Of a DNA stretch of 64,000 nt, positions 25,415 through 35,356 are shown piece by piece. The position numbers and the translations under genes are program-made. This DNA comes from Mustelus asterias (lineage: Eukaryota), in contig NC_135830.1 of assembly GCF_964213995.1 (NCBI RefSeq), positions 12,834,001-12,898,000 of the forward strand, in the 5' to 3' direction. The notes under the pieces are model-generated. The model had not been told where the DNA came from. It did no database searches and worked only from the letters and a program-made list of their open reading frames with translations. Each line of letters begins with the position of its first letter. The stretch's first letter is position 1.

Positions 25415-26480
25415 CTTCGGTCTTTAATCTGTCATGTGCAGTTTCCTGTTCTAGCCCTCAGTCCACTGATTCTGATCCCGGTTTCCGCCCTTTCACTAAC
25501 CCCTGGATTTGTTCTGCCAGGGTATCGAACTGGGGAATAAATTTCCTGCAGTAACTAAACAAACACATCACCCGCCGTGCCCCGCGCATTGTTGTGGGTC
25601 GGAGCATGTTAGCGATGGCGGTTTTGCGGTCTGTGGGAAGAATCTTGTTTCCCTGAATTATGTCACGACCCAAGTATCGTACTGTAGTCTGTCCGATCTG
25701 AGCTTTTCTTGGGTTTTCCTTGAATTCCGTCATCTCCAATGTGCACAATCCTGTGGCCCGAGCTCCCAAATGTTCACGCTCAGTCTCCGAGGCTATCAGG
25801 AGGTCATCGACGCATTGTAAGATAGTGCTATTATATGGGGCGAGATCGGATTTTTCTAAGTCCCTATTCATGACTCGGTGGAAGACGTTTGGGCTGTTAT
25901 GAAACCCTTGCGGTAAGCGGGTCCAGGTATCTCGCTTTCCCTTTGAAGTAAAAGCAAACTTCTCCTGTGATTCCGGATCTAAAGGGACGGACCAGAATCC
26001 ATTTGCTATGTCTAGGATTGTGAAAATTCTGTATTCTGGGCGGAGTCCATTGAAGATGGTCGTTGGACTGGCCACCATAGGGTGTTCCCTCAGGGTCACC
26101 TTATTTAGAGCGGTGTAATCTAACGTTAAATGGTAACATCCGTCCGGTATCCAGATCGGTCACACTGGCGAGTTGGTGACCGAGACCGCTGGACGTAGGA
26201 TGCTTTGCCGGACTAGTTCCCGCACTATCTCTTCCTTGGCCTTCAGGGACTCTGGCTTGATGGGATATTGTCGGTGCGGCGGGTATGTTGGCCCTGCAAT
26301 CTTTTCTGAGGTCGTTTGTATAAGACCACAATCCTGCTTACTAGTCGCCCACACCCCGGGAATGGCCTGGCATAACTTCCCAAATGCTCCATCCTTTGAC
26401 CAATCTCTGGTCAGGGGGTCCGTGTTTGCGCTGGCTATCTTGGGAACATTCCGCAAAGAGGCCCATTTCCCGACCATCCG
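25415..26480 (-). pseudogene. pol: ERV reverse transcriptase (disrupted; YVDD mutated to CVDD)
   Basis: ORFs 26160..26477 (RQYPIKPES, TNSPV) and 25458..26099. Confidence 0.92.
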
Positions 26481-26579
26481 GTCTTTGTGTCACTTTTTGG
26501 CGGTCCCGATTAGCTGTCCACTTCGGGCATTTACAATTGCCCCTAATTCCTCTCGGTCGTCCATTCCCAAGATGGAGCC

Positions 26580-29200
26580 CTCAGGTTAGGACATACCCAA
26601 AACTGAGCGGGCAGCATTATTTCATCTATCTCTAGTAATGTTGGTTCGCTTTTATATGCATTAATTTTCTCTTCCCCCCCACCTCCCCCACACCACCACC
26701 ACCACTCCAATTACCGTGATGTGGTGTGGGGTAGAGGGAATGTCCAAATTAATTAAAGGCACCGAAGCCCCCGTATCAACTAATGGTGCATTAACCCACA
26801 TACGGGGATCGGTTCCTTTCCAGGGGGCCAACGCTATTCGCGGCATCGGGTCTGGATGATACCGTGCAATCATCTGGTTGACATCAGAGAGATTCTCGTC
26901 GGAATCTCTGTCCCTCTCCCGGTACCGTTGGGGCCCCCTGACCTCCTGACCGCCCCCTTTTCCCCAACATTCCCTTGCTTTGTGTCCCATTTTATTACAA
27001 TTTCTGCATTTCTTTCTATTGTCTCGTTTCGGGGCTCTACATTCGGCGCGATGTTGCCCTGGTTTATGGCAATTATAACATGCCCCCTCTGTCTTTGCAG
27101 CGGCAATGGCGCTGGTGTCTGTCATATTCAGCGGGGCAACGACGACTACCTTAGATTTCTGGTGGTTATCTACAACCGTTGCCCAACTTTCCAAATCACC
27201 ATAATTGTTAAAAGATACCAGCCCTGACTTTAGTATCGCCTCGTGCTCAAGACTAAGTCCGTCATGATATAATTGGAGGAAGGCTGGGGTCTGCCGATCG
27301 GCATTTGGCACACCGCTATGTGCACGGAAAGATTCAACTTCCTGTTCCCATATTCTTGTGCTCCTTCTCCTTTGTTTTGGGTGACCCCTACGATGGCATT
27401 CCAATTTCCGGGAACCTGACCTAGGGTATCAATTACGTCGGCGTTAAAAGCCAGGAAGTCTTGGGCGTTTGCGGTCAGCTCCGCAGACCAAGTTCCATCC
27501 TGGTGGGCACCCTGCAATCGCAGCCAGTAGTTTTCAGGCATGAGGATGAAAGTACCCAGACTGCCTCCTTCCACCTGTGTGACCTCATGTCTCAGCCCAT
27601 CCAAATTCCTGCCTTTATAAACCTCCATACGCTCGACTATTCCCCAGTTCAACTGGCTTGAGTTCTTCCGGGATTCTGCTGCCTGCTGCCTGCATTTTAA
27701 CTCGTTCCAAGGCCTGGTCACACTACATCCCTGTGCTCCCATTCCAGTAACATCTCAATGTTAAAATCCCTCCCTAACCTTGCCCCCGTTTATCTCTGTA
27801 ACTTCCTCCAGCCCAACAGCTCTGCGGTTTCAATCATTCTGCCCATCCCTCATTTTAATCAGACACCCACTGGCAGCCATGCCTTCAGTTGCCTCCAAGT
27901 TCTGAAACATCCTCCCTAAAGCTCTCTGATTCTCCTCATTTTTGTTCTAACTTGCCCCGCAACATCCCGATTGTGGATTTGATGGCAGACCTGCATTACT
28001 TTAAGCTTCTGCCAGAAAACTGCGTTACTACTGTGCGGCTTCAGTACAGATAATTTATCCAGCAATGCCATAGTCTCCCCAGGGGATAGGGAGACATATA
28101 GAATCATAGAATCCTACAGTGCAGAAAGAGGCCATTCGGCCCATCGAGTCTGCACCGACCACAATCCCACCCAGGCCCTATCCACACATCCCTACATATT
28201 TACCCACTAACCCCTCTAACCTATGCATCCCGGGACACTAAGGGGCAATTTATCATGGCCAATCAACCTAACCCGCACATCTTTGGAGTGTGGGAGGAAA
28301 CCGGAGCACCCGGAGGAAATCCACGCAGACACGAGGAGAATGTGCAAACTCCACACAGACAGTGACCCAAGCCGGGAATCAAACCCAGGTCCCTGGAGCT
28401 GTGAAGCAGCAGTGCTAACCACTGTGCTACCGTGCCGCCCATTATGTCAACCTCAACTGAGGTGGTCGTGCTGGTGCCCCCGGGGGCTACTCCCCACATT
28501 CCCAGTTCGGCAGGAATCGCTGGGATGTATTCAATCTTTCCAGGGGCTGCTGTAAATTGAGTCTCTGGGTCATAAGGGGCGGGGCGTCCCGCTTCCTCCC
28601 GAAACCTTTACTGAGCAGCTCTAACGTCTTTGTTGTCCAATCTACATCCACGGTATAAGACGGGATTTGTTCCGTGACTGCTGGCAACACTGTCTGTCCT
28701 GTCAAAACTGACAGCTGTTGTTTTGTGCTGTTAACATATGCATTTACCTTTTCTGTCAGAACTACATGGGCACGAAGTATTAACACCAATGCCTTTTCAT
28801 CCTTTACTTTCATTTCGGCCTTCCACCACTCCCACTGGTTTTCTGGGGGGTCGTGGGGCTTCCAACCTGATTTGTCAATAACTTTCTTATTTTTCTCCGC
28901 GGCTCAAGGAGCCTTCTGGCCCCCATTCGAGCTCGCTTTCCTTACTTATAATGATTGGGTGGGATTAGAACCGTTAGAAATCCACTCTCAGAAGTCCACG
29001 CTTACATTCGCGCTACTTGGAGTGGACACGTCTCTTGGCTAATTGTCTGACACAAGTCGGTTACTTATTCTAATACAGTAAACAATATCCGGCAATGCCT
29101 ACGTCTCTTAACGAAATACCCACTGCCGTTTTGTCTGCTGGCCACACCCTATTCACAAGTTCGGAAATTCGTCAGTCGCCGAACATCACCCATGTCCCGG
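26580..29200 (-). pseudogene. gag: ERV gag-protease (frameshifted; interrupted by a SINE and an L2-like fragment ~27750-27940)
   Basis: ORFs 28487..28813, 27916..28107, 27230..27742 and 26661..27404 (CYNCHKPGQHRAEC, CRNCNKMGHKAREC, LVDTGAS). Confidence 0.85.
28097..28440 (-). mobile_element. HE1 SINE inserted in ERV gag
   Basis: Near-consensus copy, reverse complement of 9625-9960. Confidence 0.92.
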
Positions 29201-29268
29201 GATATGTCTGTACTGATAATGAGTAAATATACTCACCCGGTCCTCTGATGGCATCGGTCGACTGAGAA

Positions 29269-29286
29269 ATCCGAGTCACGGCACCA
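29269..29286 (-). promoter_or_regulatory. Primer-binding site complementary to tRNA-His
   Basis: TGGTGCCGTGACTCGGAT is the complement of the tRNA-His(GTG) 3' 18 nt, 3 nt after the LTR; candidate splice donor GG|GTGAGT at ~29236. Confidence 0.93.
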
Positions 29287-29289
29287 AAC

Positions 29290-30058
29290 TGTTAGCGGGA
29301 GAGAATCTCAAATAAATCACTCAACACTCAGGGTTGGTCCTCGCATCAAACGGTTTATTTTCGCCGGCGGGGAGATAGCTTCTGTTAAACCCAGTGCCTC
29401 TTTCCGATGAACAAAGGAAAAACATCCATTCTTATACATTTTTCAAACATCTACACAGTCCATCACAGCTGGACCTTGTCCAATAATATTGATTACAGAT
29501 TACATACAGCTGTCACATATCCAATGAAAACGGTATTACGTAAGGTGGGCTTGTGCATGATCAGCTCGTGGTCTCATGGACACGACTCATGGTACCTCAG
29601 TCAATATTATCGTTCTTTCTCCCATCTGGAGTCCTTGAGTGTGCAATACTCCTTGCCCAGTGGGCCTCCTTATCATCTCCCATGACTGTCCTCCCTAATC
29701 CTCCGTGTCTGGTTTTCATCCGAGACCTCAGATCATAGACTGGGACCAGTCACCAGTATCTGTGTTCTATTGTATACAAGCTTATGCTCAAGCCAGCTAA
29801 TGATGTTCAGGAATGTGGCCAAAAGCTAGCATCCATCTTGTGTCGTTTTACTATCCTGAGCTCCTTTTAACATGGTGGAGTTTTCATGCATGCCCTTTGT
29901 GATCGTATAACAGTAAATTCATACATATTTATTATATATTATTTATTCCTACTCATATAAATTGCTATACAGGCACCTTTGAATATAAATTGTTATACAT
30001 GCAGCTAAACCAAGGATATTGTTTCCTCTTAACCTATTCTTTAAATCTCCCCTCAACA
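29290..30058 (-). repeat. 5' LTR of the ERV (769 bp)
   Basis: Starts TGTTGAGGGGAGA and ends TCTCTCCCGCTAACA (TG..CA, imperfect inverted ends); TATAA at ~29432-29436; AATAAA at 29354-29359; host repeat unit resumes at 30059. Confidence 0.85.
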
Positions 30059-30450
30059 TCATCTTCCGTCGAATAATTTCAACCAATTGTTCTCAGTAAT
30101 TCTTTTGTTATTCAATATTTAATGTCAATACGCTATTTAACACAAATGTCCTCATTATGAATTGAATATCTCTGCATTTGAATATCACTGAATAGCAAAC
30201 ATAACTGACCAACAAATGGAATCGAGTCACCGGGTAATACAGATTCCATGGTGCTCTATTTGCGATTGACCACATTCAGCTTTTGAACAAAGTCAACTAT
30301 CTTTGAATGGAAGAGATTGAAGAATTATCTGTTAGTTACACTTGAGCCTTTTTTATTAGGGGCGTGAAACATTCAGGCACATAAATTCCGGCAATCTATG
30401 GGATAGTCCAATAGATCCGCACTGAGTCTCGATTTCCTCATCTGTCTGAG
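30059..30450 (-). repeat. Dispersed partial copy of the tRNA-Val array spacer
   Basis: TCATCTTCCGTCGAATAATTTCAACCAATTG...GATCCGCACTGAGTCTCGATTTCCTCATCTG matches the array unit (e.g. 1160-1200 + 3710-4060). Confidence 0.85.
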
Positions 30451-30459
30451 TATTTCTGC

Positions 30460-31850
30460 AGCTCAGAAACAGCTGCACAGTGGGAGGACCCCGTCACTGT
30501 GGTCCATGTAGCTACCAATGACATAGGTAGGACAAAGGAGGAGGATTTGCATGGTTAGTATGAGGACCTAGGTATCAAATTAAGAAGCAGGATCTCAAAG
30601 TTCATAATCTGTGGATTATTACCTGATTCACTTGCTAATTGTCTTAGGACAAATCAGATCGGAGAGATGAATGTGTGACTCAAGGACTGATGTTGGGAGC
30701 ATGGTTCTGTTTCATGGGACACTGACACCAGTACTGGGGAAAACAGTTTAAAACTAAAAAGTGGACAGGGAATCAAATTAGGGGCAAGGAATCAAAAAAA
30801 TTATATAAATGACTGGATGAAGAGATGTTTGGCAAATTTGCCGATGACACAAAGATAGGTGAGAAAGTAAGTTGTGACGAGGACATACGGAGGGTTCAGA
30901 AAGACAGAAAGATTAAGTGAGTGGGAAAATATCTTGCAAATGGAGTAGAATTTGGGCAAATGTGAAATTGTCCATTTTTGCAGGAAGAATGAAAAAGAAG
31001 CATTTTGTCTAAATGGTGATAGATTGCAGAGCTCAGAGATTCAGAGGTACTTTGAGTGTCCGAGTGCATAAATCACAAAACACGAATAAGCAGGTAAAGC
31101 AAGTAATTAGGAAAACTATTAGAATGTTTTCATTCATTGTGAAGGGAATTGAATACAGAACTAGGAAGATTATGCTTCAGTTGTACAGGTCACTAGTGAG
31201 ACCGCATCTGGAGTACTGTGTACATTATTGATCACCTTGTTTAAGGAAGGATGTAAGTATGCTGGAGACAGTTCGGAGAAGGTTTATCAGACCAATACTT
31301 GAAATGATGTGGAGATGCCGGTATTCGACTGGGGTGGGCACAGTAAGAAGTCTCACAACACCATGTTCAAGTCCAAAAGTTTTATTTGGAATCACGAGCT
31401 TTCGGAGTGCTGCTCCTTCCTCAGGTGAGGAAGGAGCAGCGCTCCAAAAGCTCGTGATTCCAAATACACCTGTTGGTCTTTAACCTGGTGCTGTGAGACA
31501 TCTTACAATGCCTGAAATTGATGGGCTGTGTTATGAGGAATGGTTGGACTGGCTGGAGTGTATCCGCTGGAGTTTAGAAGAGTAAGTGGCGACTTGTTCC
31601 TGCAGGGTCTTGACAGGAAGGAGGCAGAGAGAATGCTCCTTCTTGTGGGATAATCTAGAACTAGGGGTCACCTATTTAAAGTAGGGATGAGATTCCTTCT
31701 CCAAGTGTCGTGAGTCTTTGGAGCTCTCTTCCTGAAAAGGTGGTGGAAGCAGAGTCTTTGAATATTTTAAGGCCGAGGTAGATGGATTCTTGGTAAGCAA
31801 GGGGGTGAAAGGATATTAGGGGTCAGCCGGAATAAGATTTAAGGTTACTA
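30460..31850 (+). mobile_element. Old CR1 element, internally deleted (ORF1 SGNH-esterase remnant + RT remnant)
   Basis: PVTVVHVATNDIGR at ~30490 (GxND block); KFADDTK at ~30834; RPHLEYC at ~31200. Confidence 0.8.
31309..31512. mobile_element. Palindromic element of two head-to-head Penelope termini
   Basis: Arms mirror about TCAGGTGA (~31424); minus-strand hammerhead CAC-CTGAGGA-A-GGAGC-AGC-ACTCC-GAAA-GCTC-GTG at 31393-31427. Confidence 0.8.
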
Positions 31851-32218
31851 GCAGATTAGAGAGTAAAGGCCCATTCTGCTCAATCTCTTCTCATTGGCAG
31901 TCCTGTCATTCCACGAAGCAGTTGGTGAACATTTCTTTCTCTTCCTCTGGGGCAATTCTCTGGGTAAGAAGACCCAAACTCTGCAGCGTGTTCCAGGTGC
32001 GGTTTCACCAAACTCGACAAAATTGCAGAAAGATTTCCTCACTCTGAAACTGCATCCCCGGGGAATACATGCTAACCGACCATCTGCATCCTAATGTCCT
32101 ACTGTATCTACATGCTGTCTCTTTGTGATTTGAGGACAAGTATTCTCTGATTCTCTCTGAACTTTTCTCCGTCTCTCACCTCTTTCTGAACTTCCTCCTT
32201 TTCCATTCTCACTCTCAG

Positions 32219-32379
32219 TCTGTAGGGTGTTGGGAAATTCGAATCAGCTCTGGCTGCAGTATCTCGACTACTTCATCATCGACCTGTTGGGGTTGGCCCT
32301 GGCCATCTACAAGTGCCAGGTGATGGGGCTGCTGCCCACTCACGCCTCCGACTGGTTGGCATTCATCCAGCCATCCCAG
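32219..32379 (+). pseudogene. EMC4: Isolated EMC4 (TMEM85)-like exon, 161 nt, with intact splice sites
   Basis: Polypyrimidine tract + CAG| ... CAG|GTGAGA; translates x[53 protein letters not shown], matching the EMC4 signature [25 protein letters not shown]. Confidence 0.85.
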
Positions 32380-32655
32380 GTGAGAGCGGCACTCGGTATG
32401 TGAGGGGGAGCCAGGAAAATAGGAAGAGGAAACCATGCAGGGCTCTGGAGCCTGAGAGATTGAGTAGATTGTGCCAAATTTGTTTTATGCATTTGTGGGG
32501 CATGGGCATCGCTGGCTGGTCACCATTGATTGCCCATCCCCAGTTGCTCTTGTTAATTAGATGTGTTTGAGTGGCTGACATCCTCGTTGTGATTACATCT
32601 TCCCGAGATTCTTGACAATCTCAACTGGCAGGAACCGCAGTTTCAATCGGAAGAC

Positions 32656-32694
32656 AGTTTTTGTACAGGGTTGGCGCTGTTTTCAATTACTGTG
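32656..32694 (-). promoter_or_regulatory. 23-bp-spacer recombination signal sequence
   Basis: CACAGTA-23-ACAAAAACT directly after the V exon. Confidence 0.9.
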
Positions 32695-33004
32695 AGTCCC
32701 AGGGCGCAGTAATACACGGCAGCGTTAATCGGCTGCAAGTCCATGATGGTTAACCTTGTGGTGGAGTGTGACAGCTGCAGGTCTGAAGCAAAACGGTTTC
32801 CTAACGCCGAGCCTTTCCATTCCACGGTATCCCAAGACCTTCTCCATACAATAAATTGGGGCTCCTTCGCTGGTTGCTGCAGGTACCAATGTACATAGTA
32901 CCAACCTTCTGTAGTGCTATAGGTACATTTTATAGTCACGGCTTCACCTTCTCTCACGCTCGCTGATGCCCGAGACTGAGTAACTGAATCTCCATCACTG
33001 TGAC
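32695..33004 (-). CDS. V exon of intact TCR V-alpha/delta gene segment
   Basis: TTGCAG|GHSDGDSVTQSRASASVREGEAVTIKCTYSTTEGWYYVHWYLQQPAKEPQFIVWRRSW...AAVYYCALG; conserved C23, W41, C104; open frame. Confidence 0.93.
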
Positions 33005-33094
33005 CTGCAATGTGTTCAGGAAGAAGACAAGACCGTAGGTTAACACAACACTAACATTTCAGTTCGAATAGAACACGATTGGAATCATCCTTAC

Positions 33095-33140
33095 CGACAA
33101 TGAGTATCCCAAACACAATCCAGACTCTGAATACTTTCAT
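33095..33140 (-). CDS. Leader exon of intact TCR V-alpha/delta gene (MKVFRVWIVFGILIV)
   Basis: GCCATG start, 46 nt, phase-1 donor G|GTAAGG, 90-nt intron. Confidence 0.9.
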
Positions 33141-33224
33141 GGCTGCTGCGAAGTCCGAATCTCTTTCCCTTTATAATGTCAAACCCGAACCGGGACAAAC
33201 ACCTACGCAGGATTCAATTGGTTA

Positions 33225-33268
33225 AACTCACTTCCTCCTCCAGTGTTTTCCGGCAATGACGCAATCGT
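33225..33268 (-). promoter_or_regulatory. Putative V promoter elements (ETS GAGGAAGT, CRE-like TGACGCAA)
   Basis: CACTTCCTC at ~33229 and ATGACGCAAT at ~33256, 90-125 nt upstream of the leader ATG. Confidence 0.5.
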
Positions 33269-34869
33269 TAATATACCCGCCAGATATTTAAATCAGATTA
33301 AAATGAGGGCCGTGGACAGCTGAATTTCTTTCACCGACTGTATTAAATATGTACTGGTGGAACCAGTCACTCAGCGAGTACGGTCGAGTGAGCATGCTGA
33401 ACTGCAGCTTTACTGAGGTCTGAGATTCATTTCCTGGGGCCGAGTTGGTCAGTTTCCGCCGCAATATTCATTCCATTCAGAGCTGGATAGTGGATTAACT
33501 TCAATGTCAAGTGCTGTTCAGGGTTACACTGACATGTTCCCCACACGACCCAGGCATTGAGCCGGATTGTCTCTGCCCGCTCTGTAAAAGAGGAGTTGGA
33601 TATTTAAGGTATCCTTTTGTCAACCACGCCATCAAGTTTCAGGATGTCCCTTGTGTATCCAGTGATGCTGTGAGAGCGGTAGGGCGATGAATTGTCTGGC
33701 AGTGAATGTAAGTATCCAGAGCTGTGCTGCAGTCAGTGTCTGTTTCGGGGATTCATTCCAAAGCTTTATTGGGCTTAATATTCAATGAACGAATGGTGAC
33801 TTGGATGGGATCTCATTGCTGGAAGCTTGCTTTCCAGCCTAATGTAAATTGTTATTTCGTGTTCGTGGCCTCTTCGTGTTAAGTGGAAAGTGTAGAATGT
33901 AAAACTTCGAGGCAATTCTGTTCGAAAAGGACAGGGAACAATCAGCCAATGGACTAAAGGAATTTCAATTCTCACATACCTTCGAGGCAGCGCCCAGTGA
34001 GCAACAGTAAAACCACTGCGGAAATTGAACAGGCTGAATACAACCGACAACTGAAAGAAATTAGGGCGAGTTCTCAGGACGGTTGGAAACCACTAACAAG
34101 AACAGGGAGGAAACAACTCAGATGCAGAAATAAAACGAAATCAACTTGCAAATATTTCTAATAGAAGTAAAACGGTAGAATCGATGGACGGAAACAGACA
34201 ATTAGCAGACAACACCTTGCAGTGTTGAACTACGGGCAAAGGTCGATCAATGACCCACAGATATACATTGTCAGTTTGGATTAATAGGTGCGGACGAATA
34301 TCTCTGCCCTGTGCTGAACCTTGATATGTACAGGGAAATAAAACTGCTGATTGTCCTTTGCGCAATCTAATCTAGACAGCAAATTATTATGTGAGAAGAC
34401 TGAACATTTCTGATTTAGTTTACTGGTTCGTATTTCACCAATATATTTATTGGCAGATATTTAATAAAAATAGAACCATACTCCGCCAAAAAAAAACACA
34501 ATTATGTCAACAGTGGCAATAATTTGAAGGTGCTGCCAATGTACTCATTTGCCCTTCTTCGGTCCCCTTGGCACAGGGATCTTGTCCTGTCCCAGAAGTC
34601 CCTCTTCCCCACCTCAATTACCGTTTGAAAGTCAATGTTAAATCAGCTCCCACATCCACCCTTTCCGCTGTTCACTTCAGGTGACTGCAATTCTCTGTGA
34701 AAAAAAAGGTCTGAAGATCTGCCACTCTTGTTTATTTCCAATGATCAATGCATTTTGAAACAAATTCAATTAAACAAATTGCCGCAACAGGCAGGTATTC
34801 ACCCGATTGATAAGTTTTCCCGGGGTAAACAGTGGCTAAACAAACAATCATTTTATTTCTATCCTGCAG

Positions 34870-35168
34870 ATTCCAGCTGATCCGTGTAACCCAGTTCAAT
34901 TCTCCAATCCTCTGCCGCAGGTGACAAGGTTACCTTAAGCTGTGAATATTCAGGGAACTGTCAGCATTCTGGTACTGTCAGTCCCCAGGACAGGCTCTGA
35001 AATACTTGCTTCGGACACACACTTCGGGAGAGGGGAAGAAAAAAAATGCTGCCGGGTACAGAATTTCTGTTTATACCCATTCTTCAGTCAAAATCTGCAA
35101 GTTCGAAATCTCCAAACGACAACTGAGCGACTCTGCTGTGTATTACTGTGAACTGAGTGGACGTACGG
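34870..35168 (+). pseudogene. Leaderless TCR V-delta pseudogene resembling the NAR-TCR supporting V
   Basis: Acceptor CCTGCAG; RVTQFNSPI..AGDKVTLSCEYSGNCQH/FWYCQSPGQALKYLLRTHTSGE...QLSDSAVYYCELS; extra Cys in CDR1; frameshifts; no hydrophobic leader exon visible upstream. Confidence 0.75.
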
Positions 35169-35351
35169 CACAGTGACACAAAACACGGAGTGAGCTGTAC
35201 AAAAACCTGGACATGGTGAGGATTACTGCCACAGTGATACAGAACACGGAGAGAGCTGTACAAACATCTGAACATGGTGCGGATTACAGACACAATGATA
35301 CAGAACACGGAGAGAGCTGTACAAAAACCTGCTCATGGTGAGGATTACAGA
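35169..35351 (+). repeat. Three tandem 61-bp units, each a 23-RSS
   Basis: Heptamers at 35169 (CACAGTG), 35230 (CACAGTG), 35291 (CACAATG); nonamers at 35199 (ACAAAAACC), 35260 (ACAAACATC), 35321 (ACAAAAACC). Confidence 0.95.
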
Positions 35352-35356
35352 TGATG

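Larger units (their letters stand above)
25415..30058 (-). mobile_element. Endogenous retrovirus, 3'-truncated (5' LTR, PBS, gag-pro-RT; no RNase H, integrase, env or 3' LTR seen)
   Basis: LTR 29290-30058; PBS-His; MHR-like TQNKGEGAQEYGNR; two CCHC knuckles; protease LVDTGAS and GSILGMD; RT LDIANGFWS, WTRLPQGFHNSP, LQCVDDLL. Confidence 0.93.

Noticed and set aside
35169-35351. 61-bp periodic repeat as a CRISPR array
   Set aside because: No unique spacers, eukaryotic context, and the units are RSS duplications.
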